Below the pieces are notes generated by a model. It saw only the letters and a list, made by a program, of their open reading frames with translations. It did no database searches and was not told the DNA's origin. From Trichlorobacter lovleyi SZ (GTDB taxonomy: Bacteria; Desulfobacterota; Desulfuromonadia; Geobacterales; Pseudopelobacteraceae): 32,000 nt of DNA. This document shows, piece by piece, positions 1 through 12,233 of this stretch. Location of the stretch: NCBI RefSeq assembly GCF_000020385.1, contig NC_010814.1, positions 2,130,001-2,162,000 on the forward strand. Direction: 5' to 3'. Within the stretch, counting starts at the first letter, position 1, and every line of letters starts with the position of its first letter. The translations under genes were made by a program, and so were the position numbers.

Positions 1-28
1 GTTTCCGGCAACGGCGGGAGCGCAATCC

Positions 29-3000
29 ATGAGACAGCCAATCCAAGCTTTTAGAGCTGCCCAGATTTTACCCACAATGTCACCGTTTGCTGCGGCATGC
101 AGCTGTTTTTGCATTGTTTTAATCATGCTCATGCTGTTGGGGGCAGCGCCGGTCAACGGAAACCAGACCGTTAACACCAATCCGACTATTGAACTGACAC
201 CTGCAGAAAAGGGTTGGATAACTGCTCATAAGCATATCAAGGTAGGAATTGATCCCTCATTCCCGCCGCTCAAGTTCAGTGACAACGGAACCATCAAAGG
301 TCTCGAACTTGACTACCTTAAACTGTTATCTGAAAGGATAGGGCTACAGTTTGAACCGGTAGTTGCCGGTTTCACTGTTTTGGACGAAATGGTTAAATCC
401 GGTGAGGTGGACATGTTTATTTCGTTCAACATCCCGGAACGGCTCGCTTATATGCAGTTCACTGACCCGTTAATTGAATTCAAGCAGATCATCATTAGCC
501 GCCAGGACGCCCCGTTTCTAAGCGGCCTCAGTTCTTTGAAAGGCAAAAAAGTTGCCACGGTCCGTGGAGTAAAACTCTACGACAAACTTTTGAGACCCTA
601 CCCTGAAATCCAGGTGGTTCAATTCAGTTCAATGGATCAAATGTTCCGGGCTGTCTCTGAACACAAGGCAGATGTCTTGATTTCACGAACATTGTATGCA
701 GGGCACATCATCAACAACTATCCTGATCTGAAGGTTGCCGGCGTTATTGATCTTCCAGCGGAACCATATCGCTATGCAGTTCGTAAAGAGTATCCCGAGC
801 TTGTCACTATTCTGAACAAGGCCATCAGCACTATCTCCAGAGATCAGCACGACCTGCTTGCACAGAAGTGGTTCAACATCACCATCGACTACCGTGCCCG
901 CTGGTCTGACATCCCGATCTGGGTCTACCTGCTGGGCGGCGTAGTTATCCTTTTCAGCACCGTTATTATTGTTTCGAACAGGCGCCTCAAACGTGAAATG
1001 GCAGAGCGCAACAGGGCAGAGCAAGCCAGCGCTGATAGCGCAAAACAGCTAAATGCCATTATCAACACAACAGATGCGGGCATAATTCTGGTTTCTCCGC
1101 TGGGAGTGATTGAATTCGCCAATAACCGCATGGCCGATATGTTTACCTTGCCGCTCAATGACCTGATCGGCACCAGATATGTCGAGCGCCTGCATCCTTC
1201 TGAGCGTCAAATTGGCGATGAACGCATGCGGCAGCTGATTAAAGGCGAAATCCGCTCAGTAACCCTGGATCGACATTACATCAGAGCTGACGGGACTGAC
1301 TTCTGGGGGCACCTGTCAGGCAGCCGCATGGAGCATGCTGACGGCAGCCTCAAATCGCTGGTTGGCGTTATTTCGGATATTACCCATCGCAAACAGGCCG
1401 AAGACACCTTGCGTGAAATGGAGGCAACGGCACAGGCAGCCAAGCGCCACCTAGAAGAGGCACAGCGGATAGCACACCTCGGAAGCTGGCAGCTGAATAT
1501 TGTCAGCAATCAGCTAGTCTGGTCTAAAGAGTGTTATGCAATTTTCGGTATTCAACAAGACACGTCTCTGACGTTTGAATCCTTTGTAAACTGCATCCAT
1601 CCTGACGATCGGGACTTGGTGTCTACTGCCTGGAGCAGTGCGCTTACCGGAGCGCCCTACGATATTACCCATCGCATTTGTGTCGGCGACAAGGTGAAAT
1701 GGGTTGTCGAGCAGGCTGACATAGTCTTTGACAACAACGGGAATGCCCTGCATGGGGTCGGCACGGTCCAGGATATTACCGAACGCAAGGAAACCGATAA
1801 CGCGCTACGGGAAGCAAAAGAGCGTTTCCAGTTTGTGATTGAAGGAAGCCAGCTAGGGTTCTGGGACTGGGATATTGCAACCGGCAGTGTGATACGCAAC
1901 GAGCGTTGGGCTGAGATGCTTGGCTACACCGTTCAGGATATTGAAAATAGTGTCAGGCAATGGATTGACTATATCCACCCGGACGACAGAGACCCTGCGA
2001 TGCAGTCGCTGCAGGATCATTTGGACGGCAAGACTGAGATGCATAAGGCCGAATACCGGATGCTTACCAAGGCTGGTCAGTATCGCTGGATACTGGATCA
2101 GGCAAAAATTGTTTCCCGTGACTCGCACGGCAAGCCGCTTCGCATGTGCGGTACCCATACCGATATTACGGAACGCAAACAGATACTTAATGCACTTCAG
2201 GAGAGTGAAGAACGGTATCGCAACCTCGTTGATAACCTGCAAAATGTGGTTGTGTATCAGATCACAGGCGACTTGGAAGGTAACAGGAAATTTGCGTATA
2301 TCAGCCGGGCAGTGGAGCGGTTGAACGAGATTACAGTTGAAGAGGTATTGACAGATGCAAATGTCATTTACCGCCAAATTTTGCCTCAATATCATGATGA
2401 ATTGCAACTGAAAGAGGTTGAAGCAATTAGCAATCATGCACCATTGCACATTGAAGTGCAAAGCCTGTTGCCAAGCGGCATTGTCAAGTGGTTCGAATTC
2501 ACGGTATCTCCACGTATTCGCCATGATGGCCAGATTATTTGGGATGGTGTGGAAGTTGATATCACGCATCGCAAACAATCTGAGCAGGAGCTTATTGAAG
2601 CAAAGCTGTCGGCCGATGCCGCCAATCTTGCCAAAAGTGAATTCCTGGCCAATATGAGCCATGAAATCCGCACACCAATGAATGGGGTTGTTGGCATGAC
2701 GCATCTCCTGCGGACCACCGACCTTACTCCGGAGCAAGAACAGTATCTCGCAAATATTGAAATTTCAGCTAACAGTCTCACCACTCTGATCAGCGACATC
2801 CTTGATCTTTCAAAAATCGAGTCAGGCAAAATGGTGCTTGAGTCTACAGCGTTTTCACTGCGCAGCTGCATTCAGGACATACTTTCAAGCCAACAATTTT
2901 TTATCCAACAAAAAGCTATCCGCGTTACCACCGAGATTGCTGACGAGTTGCCGAATACCCTGATCGGTGATCAGTTACGCACACGTCAGATTCTGTTGAA

Positions 3001-3358
3001 CATCCTTGGTAACGCCATCAAATTCACCGAACAGGGACAAATTAACATCGTTGCAGAGCTGGTGGAACAACACGACCGGGACATCCATGTCAGAATGGCC
3101 ATCAGAGATACCGGCATAGGTATGTCTGAACAACTACAGGAGCAGATCTTTGCTCCATTTGTCCAGGCAGATTCGTCTACTACCCGTCGTTATGGGGGCA
3201 GTGGGCTTGGACTGGCTATCTGCAGAAGACTTGCTGATCTCATGGGTGGCAGAATCTGGGTTGAAAGCCGTGAGGGGGCAGGCAGCTGCTTCTACATTGA
3301 ACTGCATTTCACCGATGCGGGTACGATCAACGTATCCCCCCCCTGTTGCAGTTGCTGA
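29..3358 (+). CDS. Sensor histidine kinase: periplasmic family-3 solute-binding-like domain, TM helix, four PAS/PAC modules, HisKA, HATPase_c. Probably the N-terminal part of a hybrid kinase interrupted by a frameshift.
   Basis: 1109-aa ORF. It has an N-terminal signal anchor, an SBP_bac_3-like region (KVGIDPSFPPLKF, LKGKKVATVRG) and a TM helix IPIWVYLLGGVVILFSTVIIV. Four PAS/PAC units each end in DIT(H/E)RK. H-box SHEIRTPMNG (His codon 2660-2662); ATPase boxes NAIKFT, DTGIGM, GGSGLGLAICRRL. The stop at 3356-3358 lies directly after a C8 run (3336-3343). Confidence 0.9.
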   Translation: MRQPIQAFRAAQILPTMSPFAAACSCFCIVLIMLMLLGAAPVNGNQTVNTNPTIELTPAEKGWITAHKHIKVGIDPSFPPLKFSDNGTIKGLELDYLKLLSERIGLQFEPVVAGFTVLDEMVKSGEVDMFISFNIPERLAYMQFTDPLIEFKQIIISRQDAPFLSGLSSLKGKKVATVRGVKLYDKLLRPYPEIQVVQFSSMDQMFRAVSEHKADVLISRTLYAGHIINNYPDLKVAGVIDLPAEPYRYAVRKEYPELVTILNKAISTISRDQHDLLAQKWFNITIDYRARWSDIPIWVYLLGGVVILFSTVIIVSNRRLKREMAERNRAEQASADSAKQLNAIINTTDAGIILVSPLGVIEFANNRMADMFTLPLNDLIGTRYVERLHPSERQIGDERMRQLIKGEIRSVTLDRHYIRADGTDFWGHLSGSRMEHADGSLKSLVGVISDITHRKQAEDTLREMEATAQAAKRHLEEAQRIAHLGSWQLNIVSNQLVWSKECYAIFGIQQDTSLTFESFVNCIHPDDRDLVSTAWSSALTGAPYDITHRICVGDKVKWVVEQADIVFDNNGNALHGVGTVQDITERKETDNALREAKERFQFVIEGSQLGFWDWDIATGSVIRNERWAEMLGYTVQDIENSVRQWIDYIHPDDRDPAMQSLQDHLDGKTEMHKAEYRMLTKAGQYRWILDQAKIVSRDSHGKPLRMCGTHTDITERKQILNALQESEERYRNLVDNLQNVVVYQITGDLEGNRKFAYISRAVERLNEITVEEVLTDANVIYRQILPQYHDELQLKEVEAISNHAPLHIEVQSLLPSGIVKWFEFTVSPRIRHDGQIIWDGVEVDITHRKQSEQELIEAKLSADAANLAKSEFLANMSHEIRTPMNGVVGMTHLLRTTDLTPEQEQYLANIEISANSLTTLISDILDLSKIESGKMVLESTAFSLRSCIQDILSSQQFFIQQKAIRVTTEIADELPNTLIGDQLRTRQILLNILGNAIKFTEQGQINIVAELVEQHDRDIHVRMAIRDTGIGMSEQLQEQIFAPFVQADSSTTRRYGGSGLGLAICRRLADLMGGRIWVESREGAGSCFYIELHFTDAGTINVSPPCCSC

Positions 3359-3764
3359 AACCAGCTTGCTGGGTCGAAGTCTGACGATCCTGCTTGCTGA
3401 AGACAATCGTGTCAATGCAGAGTTCATTGATAAAATTTTAAGCAGACTAGGGCATCGTGTTATCTGTGTGGAAAATGGCAGGCAGGCTCTGGAAATGCTT
3501 ACTCGACAGAATTTTGACCGCATTCTGATGGATATTCAGATGCCCATACTCGGTGGAGACGCCGCTACCGTGATTATCAGAGAGCAGGAGATACAAACTG
3601 GAGGACATATACCGATTATTGCGTTAACAGCCCACGCAATGCACGAAGAACGGCTCAGGATCCTTGCGCAAGGGTTCGATGCACATATTGCAAAACCGGT
3701 TGACATTTCACAACTTATTTCTGAATTATACAGAATTACGTCGTTGGAATGTTCAGGTGTGTAG
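3315..3764 (+). CDS. Response-regulator receiver (REC) domain, most likely the frameshifted C-terminus of the upstream kinase; less likely a stand-alone CheY-like protein.
   Basis: REC motifs ILLAEDNRVN, DRILMDIQMP (acceptor Asp codon 3531-3533), IIALTAHA and AKPV. The first ATG in this frame (3315) has no Shine-Dalgarno and would leave about 21 linker-like residues ahead of the REC fold. The frame is open from 3150 and overlaps the kinase 3' end. Confidence 0.8.
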   Translation: MRVRSTYPPPVAVAETSLLGRSLTILLAEDNRVNAEFIDKILSRLGHRVICVENGRQALEMLTRQNFDRILMDIQMPILGGDAATVIIREQEIQTGGHIPIIALTAHAMHEERLRILAQGFDAHIAKPVDISQLISELYRITSLECSGV

Positions 3765-3802
3765 CAGGGACATTCGGGGAAGGCTTTTTGCCTTCCCGTT
3801 CA

Positions 3803-4702
3803 TCAAAGCCTGATCAGATCATCATGTTCCTCATCATGGGGATTGATATGGATCATGACATCTCCGACATTGTGAAAACGTTCAAAGATCTGACGTTTCA
3901 CCTCAGTTGCAACATCATGGGACTGCTTGACCGTCATCTCCGGGTCCATATCCAGCTTCAGGTCGATAATAATGTACTGTCCTGATCTGCGGGCACGGAT
4001 TTCATGAACATGCTCGACATGTTCAACCGCCTCAGCCAGGCTGGTAACATCCTGAATGTACTCACCATGTACTGAACCATCCATCAAGTCATGGGTAGCC
4101 CCACGGAAGGTTTCCCAGCCGATATGCAGAATAAAAAAGGATGTCAACGCTGCTGCCAGCGGGTCCATGATGCCCCATCCCAGAAACGCACCAATGACAC
4201 CAACGAGAGTGGCAATTGAGGTCAGGGCATCTTTGCGGTGATCCTGGGCAATGGCCAGCAGAGACGGGCTTTCAAGCTGTCTGCCGGTGGCTGTTGAAAA
4301 GCGATACAACCATTCCTTGATAATAATGGTCAGAGCAGCCGCAGCAACGGCAATCCAGCCGGGAGATTTAAAATCATGGTGTAGAATGGCTTGCACGGCA
4401 TCACCAAAAATCCAGACACCGGTTGCACAAATCACCAGCGAGATCAACAAGGCCGCCAGAGACTCTGCCCGTCCATGACCATAGGGATGCTGCTCATCGT
4501 AGGGCTGACGCCCCAGTTTAAGGGCGACCATGGTACTGCCAATGGCAATAAAATCACAGGCTGATTCAATGCCGTCAGCGAAGACGGCGTCAGATCTGCC
4601 CCAGTATCCGGCAGCCAGTTTCATGACCATCAAAACTGCATTGACCCAGAAACCAACCTGGATAATCCGCTCGGCCTTATCAAAACGTTCATTGCGCTGC
4701 AT
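3803..4702 (-). CDS. Cation diffusion facilitator (CDF) family metal efflux transporter
   Basis: 299 aa with about six hydrophobic helices, HPYGHGRAE after TM3, and a C-terminal cytoplasmic dimerisation-type domain (HEIRARRSGQYIIIDLKLDMD). ATG at 4700-4702 overlaps the recJ stop by 14 nt. Confidence 0.88.
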   Translation of the reverse strand: MQRNERFDKAERIIQVGFWVNAVLMVMKLAAGYWGRSDAVFADGIESACDFIAIGSTMVALKLGRQPYDEQHPYGHGRAESLAALLISLVICATGVWIFGDAVQAILHHDFKSPGWIAVAAAALTIIIKEWLYRFSTATGRQLESPSLLAIAQDHRKDALTSIATLVGVIGAFLGWGIMDPLAAALTSFFILHIGWETFRGATHDLMDGSVHGEYIQDVTSLAEAVEHVEHVHEIRARRSGQYIIIDLKLDMDPEMTVKQSHDVATEVKRQIFERFHNVGDVMIHINPHDEEHDDLIRL

Positions 4703-6449
4703 GGTAATCCTCTGAGGTGCGGAAATCCTTTAACTCCAGCCTGAGTTGCTCCCGGCCATTCCAGGTTTCAAGCTTGACCGTGCAGGCCAGATCCACCAAT
4801 GCCGGCACGGTCCGTTCTGCCATCCCCCACCCCAAGGCCTTGAACTGGAGGCCATCCCGCTGTAGCCGCAGATTGAGATGCCCTTCGCCAAAACAACGGC
4901 AGTCCAGAACCTGCATCTGCCGGAGCAGCAAAACAGGTGTTGTATTGCCCATACCAAATGGGCCCAGACGCTGCAGTTCAGCAACCAGTGCAGATGTCAA
5001 ATCACGGGGGGCAACCTCAACATCCAGCACCAGTTCGGGGATCAGCTCCTGATCCCCGAGCCGCGTCAGCGCCGCCTGTTCAAAGGCATCGGCAAAGGCA
5101 GCCATCTGCCCGGGTTCAACCGTAACGCCGGCCGCGGCACGATGACCGCCGTAGCGTTGAAGAAAGTCAGCACACTCATGCAGGGCCTCCAGCAGATGAA
5201 AACCACTGATGCTGCGGCCCGACCCCTTGCCGGAGGCATCGTCCCGCTCGGCAACCAGCAGGGTGGGACGATAGTAGCGTTCCACCAGCCGGGAGGCCAC
5301 AATCCCCACCACCCCCTGATGCCAGTCAGGGGACGAAAGCACAATACTGTTCCGGTCCTGAAGGCCGCCCTGTGCCTCAATCTGCGCTATGGCTTCGTCA
5401 AAGATCCGGCGTTCCACCTGACGACGCTCAAGATTGGCTCCATCCAACTCTGCAGACAATGCTGCGGCCTGTTGCGGATCTTCAGTCAGCAACAGTTCGA
5501 CACCGGGCACGGCACTCTCAAGACGTCCAACAGCATTCAGCCGGGGGGCCAGCTGAAACCCGACCTGGCCACTACTGACCTCGCCCTTGATACCAGCCAC
5601 CTGTTTCAAGGCAGCCAATCCGATCCGGCAGCCATCACCCATCCGTTGTAGACCTGCTGAGGTCAACAGTCGATTCTGCTCCACCAGCGGCACCAGATCC
5701 GCTATGGTGCCCAGGGCCACCAGATCAAGCCATTGTCGCAGATCAGGTCCATTATCACCAAAGGCCCCCTGGTCACGCAGTCGGCTACGCAGAGCAACCA
5801 GCAGGTTAAAGGCCACCCCTACCCCGGCCAATCCCTTGAACGGATAGCTGCAATCCCGACGATGGGGGTTGATCACCGCGATGGCATCAGGCAATTGATC
5901 CAACGGCTGATGGTGATCGGTAATAATCAGGTCAAGCCCGATGCTGCGGCAGAGTATGGCTTCTTCAATGGCGGTAACTCCGCAATCAACACTGATGGCA
6001 AGCTCGATACCCCGCTCTTTGATCAGTCTCAGCGCATCTCCATTCAGACCGTAGCCATCCTCCATCCGGTTGGGAATGTGGTAAGTAACATTGAGCCCCA
6101 TTGCCCTGAGACCGGAAACCAGCAACGCCGTGGCGCTGATGCCATCCACATCATAATCGCCATAAATACAGACCGTCTCCTTTGCAGCCCGGGCAGCAAC
6201 AAGGCGCACGACAGCCTGCTCCATACCGGCCATCAGGAACGGATCAAGCATGGCCGCAAGGGTTGGGCTCAAAAATGATGCAACCTGCTCCGGCTCTGTC
6301 AGCCCCCGGCTAGACAGGATGCTGGCGGTAACCGCTGAAAGCCCAGTGGCAGCAGACAGGGCGGCTACCGTGGCTGGATCGGTCTGTTTGAGTATCCATT
6401 GTTTGTGCATGGTAGAAACAGAAATCCCCCGGCTGGCGGGGGATTTCAT
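4689..6449 (-). CDS. recJ: Single-stranded-DNA-specific exonuclease RecJ
   Basis: 586 aa with DHH-family motifs DYDVDGISA, SVDCG and ITDHH, plus DHHA1 motif GGHRAAAG. The start at 6449 (ATG) is preferred over the internal ATG at 6410, which lacks an SD. Confidence 0.93.
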   Translation of the reverse strand: MKSPASRGISVSTMHKQWILKQTDPATVAALSAATGLSAVTASILSSRGLTEPEQVASFLSPTLAAMLDPFLMAGMEQAVVRLVAARAAKETVCIYGDYDVDGISATALLVSGLRAMGLNVTYHIPNRMEDGYGLNGDALRLIKERGIELAISVDCGVTAIEEAILCRSIGLDLIITDHHQPLDQLPDAIAVINPHRRDCSYPFKGLAGVGVAFNLLVALRSRLRDQGAFGDNGPDLRQWLDLVALGTIADLVPLVEQNRLLTSAGLQRMGDGCRIGLAALKQVAGIKGEVSSGQVGFQLAPRLNAVGRLESAVPGVELLLTEDPQQAAALSAELDGANLERRQVERRIFDEAIAQIEAQGGLQDRNSIVLSSPDWHQGVVGIVASRLVERYYRPTLLVAERDDASGKGSGRSISGFHLLEALHECADFLQRYGGHRAAAGVTVEPGQMAAFADAFEQAALTRLGDQELIPELVLDVEVAPRDLTSALVAELQRLGPFGMGNTTPVLLLRQMQVLDCRCFGEGHLNLRLQRDGLQFKALGWGMAERTVPALVDLACTVKLETWNGREQLRLELKDFRTSEDYHAAQ

Positions 6450-6460
6450 AACCTTTCAAA

Positions 6461-7033
6461 CTATTTGGCAGCTGGAAGTTGTTGAAGCATCTCTCTGGCC
6501 TGTCTGGCCAGATCACTGGTTTGATCCTTTTGCAACAACGCCTCAAAGGTTGCCCTGGCCTTGGCCGGTTGCTTCAGGTCAACCGCATAGACAATGCCTA
6601 TATTATAAAGGCTTTGCAGATGTTTGGGATCAAGCTTGTTGGCTTTTTCAAAGTTGGCAAGGGCCCGGTCAAAAAAGCCCAGGGCACGGAACATAACGCC
6701 TTGGTCAGTTAACACATTGGCATTGTTCGGATCAATCGCCAGTGCTTTGCCATAGGCCTGCACCGCTTTCTGGGCCTGATTGGCATCAAAGTAGTCGTTA
6801 CCAAGAGTAATCCAGGCCTGCAGATTTTTAGGGTCTTTGGCAACCACTTGCTCAAGCTCGGCAATCCTGGCGGCAGATTGGCCAGGATTGACCATTGCTC
6901 CACCGGCCTGCGGCATTGCTTGTTGACCAGCAGGAGTGACACTGCCGGACATAAACTTCGCTCCCACCAGTGCCCCCAACAGAAAACCGATGATCAGGGC
7001 AGCGACACCAACGATGGTTGTTTCTTTGTTCAT
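6461..7033 (-). CDS. Membrane-anchored tetratricopeptide-repeat (TPR) protein
   Basis: N-terminal TM helix (IVGVAALIIGFLLGALVGA) followed by about 3 TPR units (AWITLGNDYFDANQAQKAVQAYGKALAIDPNN...). The ORF track starts at a TTG (7039). I prefer the ATG at 7031-7033, which sits 6 nt after GGGAGG. Confidence 0.8.
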   Translation of the reverse strand: MNKETTIVGVAALIIGFLLGALVGAKFMSGSVTPAGQQAMPQAGGAMVNPGQSAARIAELEQVVAKDPKNLQAWITLGNDYFDANQAQKAVQAYGKALAIDPNNANVLTDQGVMFRALGFFDRALANFEKANKLDPKHLQSLYNIGIVYAVDLKQPAKARATFEALLQKDQTSDLARQAREMLQQLPAAK

Positions 7034-7044
7034 CCTCAACCTCC

Positions 7045-7986
7045 CTAGGCTTTAACCGGCTGTCCTGTTACAGCATCCTGTTTGTTCATGGCACGTTGTT
7101 CCAGCAGCAGCACCACGGGACTGGCAACAAAGACCGATGAATAGACCCCGACAATAATGCCAACCAGCAGGGCAAAGGAGAAATCATGTATCACCTCACC
7201 GCCCCAGACAAACAAGGCAATGGCAGCTAGAAAGGTGGTCAGGGAGGTGATGATGCTCCGTGAAAGCACTTCGTTGATACTGGTGTTGAAGATCTTATGC
7301 AGAGACCCCTTCAGGTCTTTGTGCAGGTTTTCCCGGATCCGGTCAAAAACAACCACCGTGTCGGTCAAGGAGTAGCCAGCAATGGTCAACACCGCTGTAA
7401 TAAAAAGCAGGTTGAACTCTTTACCGAACAGATAGTAGGCGGCAAACATGGCAAGGATATCGTGCAGGGTGGCAACTATGGCACCAACCCCAAATTTGAA
7501 GTCAAAACGCCAGGCGATGTAGCAGATAATCCCCAACATGGAGATAGCCACGGCGACAATGGTATCTTTACGCAGTTTGTCACCGATGGAGGGTCCTATC
7601 TCGGTGGTACTTTCAACAACAACCTGTAAACCTGGATAGGCTTTTACAAGTGCAGCAGGCACTACTTCAGCAGCCTTGCCAACCACGAGAGCGCTCTTGC
7701 GTGGCAGTTTCACCAGCAACTTGTTACCCTCTTTCACCTCCTGAAGCTCCAGCTCCGCAATACCGCCACTGTGCAGTGCCTTACGGGCATCAGCCAGGGC
7801 AAGCGGTTTATCAAACTTGAGCTGCACCGAGGTGCCGCCGGTAAAATCAATCCCCATATTTGCAGCGCCACGGAACATCTGAATAATTGCGATAATGCCG
7901 ATAATCGAAATAATAGCAGAGATGACAAACGAGATGTTTCGCTTGCCGATAAAATCAAAATTAGTTTTTCCAAGCAATTCCATCAT
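7045..7986 (-). CDS. secF: Protein translocase subunit SecF
   Basis: 313 aa. Typical SecF N-terminus (FDFIGKRN...GIDFTGGT) and six TM segments. It directly follows secD. Confidence 0.94.
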   Translation of the reverse strand: MMELLGKTNFDFIGKRNISFVISAIISIIGIIAIIQMFRGAANMGIDFTGGTSVQLKFDKPLALADARKALHSGGIAELELQEVKEGNKLLVKLPRKSALVVGKAAEVVPAALVKAYPGLQVVVESTTEIGPSIGDKLRKDTIVAVAISMLGIICYIAWRFDFKFGVGAIVATLHDILAMFAAYYLFGKEFNLLFITAVLTIAGYSLTDTVVVFDRIRENLHKDLKGSLHKIFNTSINEVLSRSIITSLTTFLAAIALFVWGGEVIHDFSFALLVGIIVGVYSSVFVASPVVLLLEQRAMNKQDAVTGQPVKA

Positions 7987-7999
7987 GGCAGTATCCCCT

Positions 8000-9592
8000 T
8001 TATATGCTCATCTTTTTGACGTTCCCCTTGTGCAGGAACAGGTCAAAGATCACCTTGGTGCCCATCAACGAGGTAAACAGGTTGATCATGATACCAAGAC
8101 TCAAGGAGACCGCAAACCCCTTGACCGGACCGGTACCAAACTGGAACAACACAGCAGCAGTAATCAGGGCGGTTACGTGAGAGTCCATGATGGTCAGAAA
8201 GGCCTTGTCATAACCGGCCTCTAAGGCGGATTTTGGTGATTTGCCCAGACGCAGCTCTTCGCGGATCCGTTCAAAGATAATGACGTTGGAGTCAACCGAC
8301 ATACCCACCAGCAACACTATAGCGGCAATGCCGGGCAGCGTCAGGGTTGCCCCCAGAGCTGACATGGCCCCCATCAGGTAGAGGATGTTCAGTACCATAC
8401 CCAGGTTGGCCACCATGCCGGACAGCTTGTAGTAGACCGCCATGAAGCCGATGACCAGGGCCACACCGATGGCACCGGCCATCAAACCTTTGTCGATGGA
8501 GTCTTTACCCAGTGACGCGCCGACCGTCACGTTCTGGATGATCTTGACCGGAGCAGGCAGGGCGCCCGCACGCAGCACGATCGCCAGGTCCGAGGCGGTC
8601 TTTTCCGTAAAGTTACCCGAGATCTGGGCTGAACCACCCGAGATCCGCTCCCGGATAACCGGGGCCGAGTAAACATTGCTGTCAAGTACAATGGCAAAAC
8701 GTTTACCCACATTGGCGGCGGTCACTTGATCAAACAACCGTGCCCCCAGTGAGTTGAACTCAATCCCGACATAGGGCTGGTTAAACTGTGAGTCAATCCG
8801 CACCTGGGCATCGGTCAGCAGATCCCCGGTGATCAGGGCCTTTTTGTACACTACCAGAGGAGTCTCGGTAGTTGCACCGGTCACAGGATCTGTGTGTTTT
8901 TCAAACAGCACTTCACTGTCCTCCGGTACGGCTCCGCCGGTGGGTGAAACCCCCTCTTTGACCATTTTGAACTCAAGGCGGGCAGTACGTCCAATCAGTG
9001 CGATAGCACGTTGGGGATCTTTAATGCCGGGCAGCTGCACCACAATCTGGTTGATTCCCTGACGGGCAATTACCGGCTCGGATACACCGAACTGGTCAAT
9101 CCGGTTACGAATAGTCTCAAGAGCCTGGGCAACCGCCTTGTCCTTGCGATCCTGGATATCCTGTTCCTTCATCCGGAGAGCTATCCCGACCATCCCCCCC
9201 TCTTCCACTGTGGGGATCATCTCATAATCGCGATACTTTTCCTTGACCAGCTTCTGAACGGCAGCAGCGGTATCTTTTTCGTACATGACAATCGCTACTT
9301 TATCGCTGCCAGTACGGCTGATCCGTTTGAAACGCAGGTTTTTGCTGTTCAGGGTATCCTCAAGGTCGGTTGCAACCAGATCCAGGGTCCCTTCAACCGC
9401 CTTTGCAGTCTCCACCTCAAGCACCAGGTGAGTTCCCCCCTGCAGGTCGAGCCCCAGGTGGATCTTATCTTTGGGCAACATCCCTTTCCACCAGTCCGGC
9501 AGTTTGGGGTTCAAGGTTGGCACCAGGTAGATGCAGGACAGGACAATAAAGGCTGCGATCAGGGCGATGCGCCATCCGGTTCCCTTAGGCAT
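8000..9592 (-). CDS. secD: Protein translocase subunit SecD
   Basis: About 530 aa with GLDLQGG, a large periplasmic domain and a C-terminal 6-TM block. The ORF track begins at GTG 9598. The ATG at 9590-9592 lies 8 nt downstream of AAGGAG and is the likelier start. Confidence 0.93.
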   Translation of the reverse strand: MPKGTGWRIALIAAFIVLSCIYLVPTLNPKLPDWWKGMLPKDKIHLGLDLQGGTHLVLEVETAKAVEGTLDLVATDLEDTLNSKNLRFKRISRTGSDKVAIVMYEKDTAAAVQKLVKEKYRDYEMIPTVEEGGMVGIALRMKEQDIQDRKDKAVAQALETIRNRIDQFGVSEPVIARQGINQIVVQLPGIKDPQRAIALIGRTARLEFKMVKEGVSPTGGAVPEDSEVLFEKHTDPVTGATTETPLVVYKKALITGDLLTDAQVRIDSQFNQPYVGIEFNSLGARLFDQVTAANVGKRFAIVLDSNVYSAPVIRERISGGSAQISGNFTEKTASDLAIVLRAGALPAPVKIIQNVTVGASLGKDSIDKGLMAGAIGVALVIGFMAVYYKLSGMVANLGMVLNILYLMGAMSALGATLTLPGIAAIVLLVGMSVDSNVIIFERIREELRLGKSPKSALEAGYDKAFLTIMDSHVTALITAAVLFQFGTGPVKGFAVSLSLGIMINLFTSLMGTKVIFDLFLHKGNVKKMSI

Positions 9593-9633
9593 TGGCACGG
9601 CTCCTTCTAAAAAAGTATTTTACCCCCGCCCGA

Positions 9634-9698
9634 CCTCCCCTTGTAGGGGAGGAGATAATCGGGGAAGGTGTTTCAATATCCCCCCTTATCAAGGGGGA
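9634..9698. repeat. Two similar short C-run/G-run hairpins in the yajC-secD intergenic spacer
   Basis: CCTCCCCT-tgt-AGGGGAGG (9634-9652; 8 bp, 3-nt loop) and CCCCCTT-atc-AAGGGGG (9681-9697; 7 bp, 3-nt loop). Both lie in a strongly purine/pyrimidine-skewed 122-bp spacer. Confidence 0.6.
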
Positions 9699-9720
9699 CC
9701 GAGGAGGGTTAGGTAATCGT

Positions 9721-12217
<2,497 letters not shown>

Positions 12218-12233
12218 CTACAGTCCCACCAGC

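Noticed and set aside
1853-2737. 294-aa minus-strand ORF, plus several 77-145-aa ORFs on both strands inside the kinase gene
   Set aside because: They lie entirely antisense to or out of frame with a kinase ORF that has strong motif support. Their sequences are low-complexity with no recognisable motifs.
4878-6278. Plus-strand ORFs of 257 aa and 181 aa opposite recJ
   Set aside because: These are antisense shadows of recJ, typical of GC-rich coding DNA. They are Arg/Pro/Gly-rich with no motifs.
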